64,000 nt of DNA from Eledone cirrhosa (lineage: Eukaryota): the NCBI GenBank assembly GCA_964016885.1, contig OZ024752.1:9424001-9488000 (forward strand), read 5' to 3'. How positions within the stretch are numbered: position 1 is the stretch's first letter; every line of letters starts with the position of its first letter. Positions 53,088 to 64,000 of this stretch are shown here, piece after piece. Under the pieces are notes generated by a model, which saw only the letters and a list, made by a program, of their open reading frames with translations, was not told the origin of the DNA and did no database searches. The translations under genes were made by a program, and so were the position numbers.

Positions 53088-53470
53088 GCTGGATTGGCAG
53101 TATTGGTAGAGGGTCGGACGCCATGCTTTGACGCATAGAGTTACGGCCCTTGCCATTCTGAGTTCAAATCCCGCCGAGGTTAACTTTGCCTTTCATCCTT
53201 ACGGGGTCGATAAAATAAAGTACCAGTAATACACTGGGATAATTGCTGGCCTTGTGCCAAAAGTAGAAACAATTATTACAGTAGAAAATAGGGCGGTGGA
53301 TTGGCAGTATCGGTAGAGTGTAAGACACCATGCTTTCCAGCAAAGAGTTATGTCCCTATCCGGTCTGAGTTCAAATCCCTTTCATCCTTACGGGGTCGAT
53401 AAAATAAAGTACTAGTAATACACTGGGATAATTGCTGGCCTTGTGCCAAATGTAGAACACAATTATTACA
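53088..53470 (+). mobile_element. Two tandem family A SINEs
   Basis: Family A matches; ATTATTACAGTAGAA recurs before, between and after the copies. Confidence 0.85.
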
Positions 53471-54779
53471 GTAGAATTTCACTCAGTCTCCATAAGACTA
53501 AGAGATTCGATGTCATAGACATAACCATATCGTATGGGTTTATAGAGTATTGAATTGTTCGTACCAGACACTTTAATTTATCTGTTAAGTCAAATATTTC
53601 ACGTGAATTTATCTTAGTGACTTTACAATCTTGTTTGTTTCTATTATCATAAGCTATGATGAGCTCTGAAAACTTTACTAAGACATTTCAATTCATGTAG
53701 TGTTAATACTGAATTGCCGATCTACTGATTTTCATCAATATATTTGATCATAAAAGCTTCATTTGAAGTATAACTATTTCTATGTTGCTAAAAGGTGGTG
53801 ATGGTAGTGGATAGCGCAATATCAATCGTTTAGATTGATGGGGAATAAACTGAATAGATAACTTGACTTATATTTAGTTAGTCTAGATTTATGAGACGAA
53901 ATACTGTCAAAGCAAATATTCTTAGACAAGAATAAGCTTCTTTAAAATTATTGTCAGATTTCGAAACGGCAAAATGGACGTTTGAAAAACAACTTAAAAC
54001 GATTAATAGACAACTTGAAGTTACAAAGACATTTTTATAAAAGCATGTCATTTATTCATAGAACCCAAAGCGGTGCACTTTGTGCTTATTAAAACAATGA
54101 GTTTACCACATGTCGATTATATATATAACTCCGAATATCACATTAGGGTTGATCTTTAGGTGTACTGGAACAGCTCAGGCAAATTAATAGTGCAAATGGA
54201 TATTAGTATTGAAAAATTAAGAAAGCCTAGGCTGAGCAGAAAAAACTAAAATGGAATAGCAACAACCATACACAAAAACACACTAGTGACCAAAGATAGA
54301 ATATAAACATATAAACACATGCAGATATGAACACATGACCACACATGACCACACACACACACACATGCATGCAAAAAAACTAGCAAAAGAAAGAAAAAAT
54401 GTTATAGAAACATAATGGGAGGAAACAGGAAACACTGCATAATTACTGAAGATGTCACAAATGTGTGACGAAAGAACTTTTATAAATTATATTTTGTATT
54501 TTTAATTGATGATCAATCAATGATAAACATTGATTGCAAGCTAAATTGTTTATATTTGTATAAATATACTGAAGCGAAAACCAAACCAGACTGCGAGAGT
54601 GTTTTACTATATTTTGGCAATATTAGGACAACAGGACCCCCCGCCCAAATATAACAGCATTGAAAGATTTAGACAAAAATCTTCTGTTACTGAAACAAGA
54701 CAGAACACTGCATGCAATGAAATCAGACATTTTGGTATGAGTGGTATATTTGTTTTAGGTTAGTCTATCATTATCATTT

Positions 54780-55110
54780 CAGACGCCATACTTTACAGCA
54801 TAGAGTTATGCCCCTTTATGATCAGAGTTCAAATCCCGCCGAGGTTAACTTTGCCTTTCATCTTTACGGGGTCGATAAAATAAAGTACCAGTAATACACT
54901 GAGATAATTGCTGGCCTTGTGCCAAAAGTAGAAACAATTATTATTTAGACACACTAGGGCGGGGGATTGGTAGTATCGGAAGAGTGAGGGACAAACTGCT
55001 TCGTGGCATAGAGTTACGTCCCTTTACGTTCCGAATTCAAACCCGCCGAGGTTAAATTAGCCTTTCATCCTTACGAGGTCGATAAAATAAAGTACCAGTA
55101 ATACACTGGA
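54780..55110 (+). mobile_element. Two tandem family A SINEs
   Basis: Family A matches. Confidence 0.8.
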
Positions 55111-55242
55111 GTGTTTCGATACTCCGTGGTGCAACGACCAGCGTGATTACAGCGTGATTACAGCGTGATTACAGTGCTCAATTTTGTCTACACATTGGTG
55201 AGTTGACCAACTTGCAAAACCAACAACGGATTAACGAACCAA

Positions 55243-55267
<25 letters not shown>

Positions 55268-55274
<7 letters not shown>

Positions 55275-55542
55275 AAACGAAAAATCAGTGATGCATCTGA
55301 ACTCAATTTATTGTGTGTTACAATTGTTTCGCCGGCGGACAGCTCGAGACGCGATCATTGTGTGGATCTGTCTGATTCTGGACCCGCAGGTTCGACGGAC
55401 ACGTCTAATGATTTCGGATCATATTCTCTCACTGGGGTATCTGACATCACGGATTTTTCGTTTTATATTATATCATACTCTGCTCTGTAAGATCATAGAG
55501 TGCTTAACCGGCATACCGGCTATGGAAGCATCTTAGCTACCA

Positions 55543-55545
<3 letters not shown>
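55268..55545. mobile_element. Element with short inverted arms and hammerhead 3' half
   Basis: TAATATAAAACGAAAAATCAGTGATG / CATCACGGATTTTTCGTTTTATATTA; minus strand GAAAC-AATT-GTA at 55319-55330; follows (TA)n. Confidence 0.55.
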
Positions 55546-55610
<65 letters not shown>

Positions 55611-56842
55611 ACATATGTAACGCATCGCCCGTCCAGGAATCGAACTCACAACCTCACGATTGCGAATCCGATTCTCTAACCACTCAGCCACATACCTTCA
55701 CTTAAAATATCAGTCCAATACTGTGATTATGTCCTTGAGCAAGATACTTTATTTCACGTTACTTATATATATAATTATATAATTATCTACAGCCCAATAC
55801 ATTCCTCGATTGCGCTGCCAGCTGCATTGTTATTCATAGCTTCAATTCACATTCTCGAAATGTTGATTCAATATAACAATAACTATGATGAAGAAGTCAG
55901 TAAGAATTCTTTCCAATATTGGCACCAGGCCAACAGTTTGGCGGAAGGAAAGGATCGATTGTATTGACCACAGTACTGGACTGGTGTTGTATTTCACCAG
56001 CCCTGAAAAGATGAAAGGCAATGTTGATCTCGGCAAGATTTGATCCTAGAACTTAGAAAGTCATAACTGAATCATTTTGATCAATCGATAAGATCCGAAA
56101 CCTCATTCGCTTGCCAAGTAGGGTGGACCTCGTCAAATCAGACCAAGGAAACAATGTGTTCATTGGTCTTTCCATTGCTCATACTATCTACCGGTCGCAA
56201 ATACAGGCAGAAGGAGCAATCTGAAATAAAGTGTTTGCTGAAGGACATAACCACAGTACAGTACTGGTACTTTATTTTATCAACCTTTAATAGATGAAAG
56301 GTAGTGTTGATCTTGGAGAGATTTGAACCTAGAACTTAGAAAGTGATCACTGAATCTTTCTGATCAATCGATAAGATCCCAAACCACATTCTCTTGTCTC
56401 ATGTGGTGGACCTCGTCAAATCAGACCAATCTTTCCATTGATCTTTCCATTGCTGACACTATCTACCGGTAGCAACTCCTTGGTAGAAGGATCAACGTGA
56501 AATAAAGTGTCTTGCTCAAGGACATAACGCATCACCCGGTCCGAGAATTGAACTTGCAATCTCACGATTGCGAATCCAACTTTCTAACCACCCAGCAACG
56601 CGACTTCACAAACTGAATACTGAAACATTTTGTCCGCCGATCTACCTATTCAATCAATTCACCGCCCCACTCCAAAGAAAAGAGTAATACTGACGACTAG
56701 GGCAAAGAAATAGAACAAAATACAATTAAACAGGTTTAAAAACTAGTTTCTATAATACTTATAGATTTACTTTGTTTATTCAATCAACACCAGTGGACCT
56801 TATAGAGTTTGTGCTCGTTAATGACATTGCCAGGTTTTATTG

Positions 56843-57278
56843 CGGGCATGTCAAACATACGGCCCACGGACCGCATGCGGCTCTTTACAAGCACACATGC
56901 GGGCCGTATGCAGCCCTTTACAAGCACACCTGCGGGCCGTATGCAGCCCTTTACAAGCACACCTGCAGGCCGTATGCAGCCCTTTACAAGCACACCTGCA
57001 GGTGGTATGCAGCCTTTTACAAGCACACCTGTAGGTGGTATGCAGCCTTTTACAAGCACACCTGCGGGTCTTATGCAGCTCTTTACAAGCACACATGTGG
57101 GCCTCATGCGGCCCTTTACAAGCACACCTGCGGCCCGCACACAGGTTTTTACAGCGTGAGCATGGTTTATCTTCGTAAAATTAGTTGTAATGTGCGCAAT
57201 TAGTTGTCGTGTGTGGCCCTCAGACAACACATATGTGACCCATGTGGTCCCCGACGGACCCGCAGTTTGACATGCCTG
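56843..57278. mobile_element. hAT (Charlie-like) MITE with internal 33-bp tandem array
   Basis: TIR C(G/A)GGCATGTCAAAC; perfect 8-bp TSD TTTTATTG (56835-56842, 57279-57286); about 8 x 33-bp units inside. Confidence 0.88.
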
Positions 57279-57329
57279 TTTTATTGTATATAACATCTGA
57301 GAGCAGTGGTAGAGCAGTTGTATATAATA

Positions 57330-57535
57330 TCTGAGAGCAGAATCGGTAGATCATCAGACACCATGCTTTGCAGTATAGAGTTACGGGCTTTTACGTTCTG
57401 AGTTAAAATCCCGCCGAGGTTAGTTTTGCCTTTCGTCCTTACATGATCGATAAAATAAAGTACCAGTACTGGGGTCGATTTAATCGACTTTGCCTTCTCC
57501 CAAATTACTGGCCTTGTGCCTGTAGTAGAAATCAT
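57330..57535 (+). mobile_element. tRNA-derived SINE (family A-related)
   Basis: Family A body and tail. Confidence 0.78.
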
Positions 57536-58410
57536 TGTATACAACATCAATCTTAGTCTTATCAAGTGTGGCGTGTGTGGGTTGATGAAACTTGCCTGGG
57601 GAAATTACTTACAAAGAAGAGAATTGCTTGTATATACTCAAAGAATATTGTTTGGCACGGATAACAATCAAGGTCTAAAATTATTTGAGAAGCTTTTTCT
57701 TTTTTAGCCAACAATCAAATGAAGTTGTTTTTGTTGTCTAGACTAAGGTCAACCATTACCGAACATTACCTTTAATGAATGGTATTCGTGGCGTAACCTT
57801 CCTCATTTCTTCAGCCATTGTGTTTCTAAGATAGCAGAGAATATATCTTTAAGACAGGAGGGTGCCATTTGCGGAAGATTTGTTTACTATTTATAGCAGG
57901 TCAATCGATTGAGTTAGTCTGTAATGCGAGAATAATTTAACTTCTATTTCTATAAATGTTAACGTCCACATTGAAGCTACCTCATTGTCGTGGTCAAATG
58001 AAGTCATCAATAACAAGTGTAAATAAAAAGCGAAAGTTCAATACGATCGATAGAATATTGTTTGTATTTCAGATTGAAACAGTTTCTATACGACCTTATA
58101 ATAGGACCCCTATCTGATCCCTTGACCGGTTAAATATGGTAGCTAAATCTTCCTCAATTCAGACCTTATCTTGTTTTACAAAAAGAAACACATTAGATAA
58201 AATATTGCTGAAAACACGACGGGATAGTCAAGGCTGGAACTCCTTTTAACACATACCTGTTTAATCAGGGCTGACATGGGACTAGAAGAAGAAGAAGAAG
58301 AAGAAGAAGAAGAAGAAGAAAAGGAAGACGAAGACGAAAAAGACGACGACGAAGAAGAAGGAGAAAACGAAGAAGAAGAACAACAATAACAATTAAACCA
58401 GCTTATATAC

Positions 58411-58557
58411 CAGTCATAGGCAACCTTTTTCGAGCAGTGGGCCGCATAGAATGTGGCTCATCGTAAGGCGGGCCGCACTATTTAAACAATTCAAGGTAAC
58501 TTTGAAATCAGACGTGTCTTTAAGAAAGATAAACGGGCCGCAGTTTGCATATGACTT
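58411..58557. mobile_element. Short hAT-like MITE
   Basis: CAGTCATAGGCAAC / GTTTGCATATGACT ends with GGGCCGCA subterminal motifs; no clear TSD. Confidence 0.45.
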
Positions 58558-58747
58558 CGTTAGAGAGAGAGAGAGAGGGGGGAGAGAGAGGGAGAGAGGG
58601 GGGAGAGAGAGAGAGGGGAAGAGAGAGAGAGGAAGAGAAAGAGAGAGAAAGAGAGAGAGAGAGAGAGAAAGAGATAGAGAGGAAGAGAAAGAGAGAGAGA
58701 GAGAGGAAGAGAGAGAGAGGAAGAGAAAGAGAGAGAGAGGGGAAGAT

Positions 58748-58799
<52 letters not shown>

Positions 58800-59329
58800 A
58801 GGGTGAGAGATAGATAGAGAGAGCTAGACGACAGAACAATAAAACCAGATTCCTTGTTTCCATGCTGTGTACAAACCTATCCAAACCTATCCAAATTCAC
58901 GAACTTCTCAGTATAATATTCACCAACACACATACCACCACCACCAATTATCTCAGCTTTCTTTTCAACTATATGTAGTGGGTCATTTGGGAATTAGGTG
59001 TTGTGGCCATGAACACAATGAAATACCATTGACAGGATAAAAGTCGCCATCATCTCGGTTCATTGGATAAAGTTGTCTGCGCTTTCATGCCTCCACAGTT
59101 TTACTTGCAACGAATGGAGAAAGAATAGTATATAACATTTTAAAAGTAATGCAGACGATATCAATTAATATGAGGCTATCATCATCAGTGTTATATAAAG
59201 TAATTATATTATAACACTGAGTGATGAAGATGACGAATATTTTCTTGTCTAGACATTATAGATATTAAGAAAGTATATTTTGGTGGGTCATTTGTATTGG
59301 AAGTAAGGTGGGGAGAGGTGAGGGGGGGG

Positions 59330-59770
59330 GAGAAAATAAAAATGAAGAAAAAAACTAAAAATGAAAACTAAAAATAAAAAAGGAAAAGAAATAAACAGAA
59401 AGAAGAAAAAGAAAAAAGTAAAAGAAGAAAAAGAAAAAAGTAAAAGAAGAAAAACAAAAAAGTAAAAGTAAAAAAACAAAAAGAAGAAAAAGAAAAAAGT
59501 AAAAGAAGAAAAACAAAAAAGTAAAAGTAAAAAAACAAAAAGAAGAAAAAGAAAAAATAGAAAGAAAAAGAAAAGGAAAAAGATAAAAGAAAAAGAAAGA
59601 AGAAAAGAAGAGCAAAAAGAAAAAGAAAAAAAGAAAAAGAAAAAGAAAAAGAAAAAGAAAAAGAAAAAGAAGAAAAAGAAAAAAAAGGAAAAAAGAAAAA
59701 AAAGAAAAAAAGAAAAAAAGAAAAAAAAGAAAAAAGAAAAAAGAAAAAAGAAAAAAGAAAAAAAGAAGAA

Positions 59771-59802
<32 letters not shown>

Positions 59803-59850
59803 AGAAAACGAAAAAGAAAAAAAGAAGAAAAAAGGAGAAAAAAGGAGAAG
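59330..59850. repeat. A-rich (GAAAAA)n low-complexity tract
   Basis: Polypurine repeats. Confidence 0.9.
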
Positions 59851-59940
59851 ATTATTATAAGGAGATGATTTAAATATATGAGAGATATATATAGAGAGAA
59901 ATATATATATATATATAGAGAGAGAGTGATATATATATAT

Positions 59941-60077
59941 GTTATTCCGGGTTGAATCGGAGGTAACCACAGTAAGTAAAGTACTCAATACATTGAGTAC
60001 AGGACTAGAACTGTTTCATTCGTGAGAAATGATACGAATGAAACAATTCTAGTCCTGTAGAAGCTCTTCTATATTAA

Positions 60078-60078
<1 letters not shown>
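59941..60078. mobile_element. Rearranged fold-back copy of the 38501 family
   Basis: Inverted tail (GTACTCAATAC) plus hairpin TACAGGACTAGAACTGTTTCATTCGT / ACGAATGAAACAATTCTAGTCCTGTA. Confidence 0.75.
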
Positions 60079-60169
<91 letters not shown>

Positions 60170-60527
60170 TGATATATATATATATATATACATATATATA
60201 AAACTGTAGTTGTCTGTGTGTGTGTGTCCTCATTTTTGAAAGTCTATACAAATCCATATTTCTACTCCGATTGACTTCAAACTTGCATTTATATGTTCCT
60301 TGAGGTCTAAAGATACTAACTGCAGCTTTTATTTTTCAATTTTCTATTATTAAAGGGGTTTTAGGCGCCGGCTATTGATCTCCGTCGCGCCGTTATAATA
60401 TCTGTCTGTATGCCTGGCTGTCTGCATAACGCCATTATGGACAACGTGTCATTCTTGACGTATTATCTTCGCCACATTCACTCACACACACACACATATA
60501 TATATACATATATGTACATATATATAT

Positions 60528-60930
60528 ATGGTGGCTGCCAACTCGTTTTCGAGTACGGCCACTACTTTATATCCATGTAGGAGAACACCTACCGATGCGC
60601 TGAACGACTGACTTTTTAGTCCAGCCAGCGACTTGAAAACTCTGGTACAAACACTACACTTGTGACAATTATTGACACATAGTGCTGGGCCCATGGTACC
60701 ATGTGACGACAAGTGCAGAGAGATCTCCAGATATAAAGCAATGCCTGTGCCGTGAAGCTTTTATAGTGAGCAAAGGCACTGCACAAAGCCAGTCCCACTC
60801 TCTTGACCAAGATGATATTTACCAAAAAGAAGAACAAGTCAACATCATTGGATACCATCGGGGTTGCAGGTGTTATATCAGAGTTTTCCTTCTCCTAGAA
60901 TTCTGCCTTGACAAAGGCTAAGGGGTCATC
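60528..60930 (-). mobile_element. RTE-derived element, second copy
   Basis: Highly similar to 43454-43857. Confidence 0.7.
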
Positions 60931-61369
60931 TCTCATATATATATACACACACATATATACATATACACACACATACATACACACACACATATATACACAC
61001 ATATATATATATATATACATGCATATACAAACACATATACATATATATATATATACACATATATTTATATATAAATATACACATAAAAATCTATCTATCT
61101 ATCTAGGGCGGGTAAAATTCCCGAGATCCACGGACGAGTTCTCTCCAGCGTGGGTTTTCGCCGTGTAAAAAAGGTTATAACAAGAAGATAGAAATATAAA
61201 AAAATTCAAAAATTCCGCAATAGGGGGGAAACTTCCGAGGGTCACTCGTGGCGAAAACCACACAAAAGACCACCAGGGCAAGCGCCCTCTCTCAGCCCCC
61301 CCCCCCCCCGCCCAGTCTACAGGCGCATAATAATAGCGGGCGTGGTCAATCGCCGGAAATGTTCAGATG

Positions 61370-61890
61370 CTCGGCCGGCACCGCTCTCAAGGAATATGAA
61401 GCAGTGACAGGAGCAAAGTTAAACCAGGAAAAGTCGGTGGGCTTGCAGCTCGGCATCTGGAGAGGCAAGTCCATGCCGCCCGACAGCGTCGTGGGGCGCT
61501 GGACGGAAGGACCGGTTAAATTGCTTGGGGTCTCGTTCGGTCCGGACCTCCAGATGGAGAAAAACTGGAGCGAGGTAAGGAACAGGGTGGCTTCTCTCAC
61601 CCAGAAATGGGCCGAGAGGAAGCTGTACCTGAAAGGTCGGGCAGAGGTGGCGAATGCGTTCATCGCATCCGTCATCTCCTACCGCCTAACAGTTGTGCCT
61701 TGCCCCGGCCCAAATCTGACAAAAATGGAGTGCCTCCTCTTCCGCTGTTTATGGAAGAGACGTGCTCCCATGGTTAGACGATCCATCTGCTGTCAACACC
61801 CGTTGCGTGGAGGGCTTGGCACGCCGTGGCCTATGATGCGCAAACACGTGCTGACGCTGCGACATCTCTGGTGCTTCCTTGACGGTGCAA
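61370..61890 (+). mobile_element. L1/Tx1-clade reverse transcriptase fragment
   Basis: YEAVTGAKLNQEKS..VKLLGVSFG..NWSEV..KWAERKLYLKGRAEVANAFIASVISY..FRCLWK..RGGLG matches the RT thumb region of L1/Tx1 ORF2. Confidence 0.85.
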
Positions 61891-61970
61891 AAATGAGGAC
61901 ACACACACACACACAATTTCACTTTTATATGTATGTATAGATATACATACATATACAAACACATATGCAC

Positions 61971-62003
<33 letters not shown>

Positions 62004-62026
62004 AATATATGAATATACACATAAAA

Positions 62027-62290
62027 ATCTATCTATCTATCTATCTATCTAGGGCGGGTAAAATTCCCGAGATCCATGGATGAGTTCTCTCCAGCGGTCT
62101 CTGTCCTTCGTCATCGCTGCCATGTCCTGCGTCTCCAACAGACCAGTGTTTGTCCTGAGGGCATCAACATATGTTAACTTCGGTCTTCCTCTTGCAGTGT
62201 GTCCATGCAGGGGCTCCCACAGAAGCACCGAGTGCAGTGTCAACTCTGGATGTCGGTGAGCATCTCCAGTTCGTGAGTTTTAACAGGCAC
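62027..62290 (-). mobile_element. RTE-clade LINE 3' end with (ATAG)n tail
   Basis: VLLWEPLHGHTARGRPKLTYVDALRTNTGL..MTKDRDRWRE; its 3' end is duplicated at 61088-61150. Confidence 0.8.
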
Positions 62291-62457
62291 TCACAAATAA
62301 ACGTTTTTCATTGGAGGTGTTATTACCAATCTTCTTACCCGTGCAACGCCGGGATACACTGCTATATATATACTGCTATATATATACTGTTGGCTTCTTG
62401 CTCACATTAATTTCTCTATTTTCATTTATATATATAGAGATAGAGAGAGAGATAGAG

Positions 62458-62554
<97 letters not shown>

Positions 62555-63569
62555 CAGAGAGAGATAGAGAATGGTAAAGAGGACGTTGAGAGAGTTGGAC
62601 TAAAAACAGACAAAAATGGATATTTTTCGAAGACGAAATGGCTAGAAAGGTTTTATTAATGGCTGGAGTATCTGGTAGATATAAATTAAAGTAAAAATCA
62701 GATTAGTTATATATCAGAACAATAAAAAACTCCAGCGAACATTAGTAATATATAAAATGACTAAAGCTGAGTTTGGTATCAATGTCTAAGTGATTGTATT
62801 TAAGGTGGTGAATTGGTAGAGTGGTTAAGACGTCGGATAGTATGCTTTACGGTATTTGTCCCACATCATTGCATGATCTGAGTTCAAATTCAGCCGTGGT
62901 CAACTTTGCCTTTCATCCTTTCGAGGTCGATAAAAAAAGTACCAGTCAGGTACTGGGGTCGATTTTTCCTTTATAGAAAAAAATCGGCCATGTTCAGACC
63001 TGGAGAGGGTTGGGCTCCACCGGATTTAAAAGTGCCCTAGACATGTCGCATGACGGTGCCTCTAAGACCCCACAAGGAGTTATAGGATCTTTGCCCTTTA
63101 TCCTTTAGTTAGATCTGGGATCTTTATCCTTTATCCTTTAGTTAGATCTGGGATCTTTATCCTTTAGTTAGATCATTAAACATGGCTCACATGTCGTTGG
63201 ATTTCTTTCACAGCACGAGCCGGTGAAGTTGGACCTAGGGCACAGCAAAAGGCTAGATGGCATTGACATCTCGTTCTGTAATGATAAGCCTCTCGTCTAG
63301 TACGCATCTTGCAGCGACACTTTGTTCAGCAGCAACTTGGTGCATTCGACGACAGACCCAGGCTTAGTTGCTCGCCAGACTGAAGATTTCAGCCTGTTGA
63401 GGCATCGACCGTTTTCTAATAGGTATACGTTTGTCGTTGAATCTGTAGAGGTGGAGTCTTGGTCCTCGTACAAACTCTCCAGTCATTGCTATCGAGGTGG
63501 AGTTGACCACCAGAAGGACTGAGCCTCACGTGTTAGAATGGGTATTTCAACGCGTCTCACTCACCATCG

Positions 63570-64000
63570 CCAAGAAATATCATCCGGCGGCCTCACCCGA
63601 AATGGACTCAACAATTGATCTCCACGTGGGTCTGTCGTTCATTGCCGTTGTCAAGCCCTGGATTTCAATACCAGAATCTCTGGGCTACAAGCTCTCCTAT
63701 CCCGATGTCATCTCCAGAATCTCTGGAGATGACATAGGGATAGGAGAGATTGTAGCCCCTGTTATTAGTGACTGCTTGTGGTTTCCAAAGCTCTAATGGA
63801 GACACAGCCTCATAGGTGGCACGATGGCAGAGGCCAGTAAATCGGGATAGGAGAGCTTGTGCCCCCTGATATTAGTGACTGTTTGTGGTTTTCAAAGCAC
63901 TAATGGGGACACAGCCTTAGCGGTGGTACCATGGAAGTGGCCAGCAAATCTTACTCTCCTTTTACGTACAACGACAGATATGCGTGGGAGGCCGGCATAT
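63570..64000 (-). mobile_element. RTE-clade LINE fragment with internal inversion and duplication
   Basis: Homologous to 1-226; contains an inverted 37-bp copy at 63682-63718 and a tandem duplication of ~110 bp. Confidence 0.78.

Overview
This is AT-rich, repeat-saturated animal genomic DNA. The tRNA-derived SINEs and very dense (TA)n/(CA)n/(GA)n tracts suggest a cephalopod such as Octopus (inference). I could not support any intact host gene: nearly all long ORFs in the track are microsatellite read-through. The real coding remnants are decayed retroelements (RTE-type, L1/Tx1-type) and an internally deleted mariner. Also present are a Helitron, hAT and pogo-type MITEs, many SINE copies and several minisatellites. 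The main signal is a cluster of at least 14 complete, variant or partial minimal type I hammerhead ribozyme (HHR) motifs, most with a palindromic stem III, as described for Penelope-like elements (PLEs) and non-LTR retrozymes. They occur in three architectures: (i) a 12 x 98-99 bp tandem array with one HHR per unit (24862-26044); (ii) a 425-bp unit element in partial tandem, inverted and HHR-truncated copies; (iii) many short fold-back elements from several unrelated families inside (TA)n tracts, including a nested ~607-bp near-perfect palindrome. All structures were read by eye, and none of the ribozymes is shown to be active.
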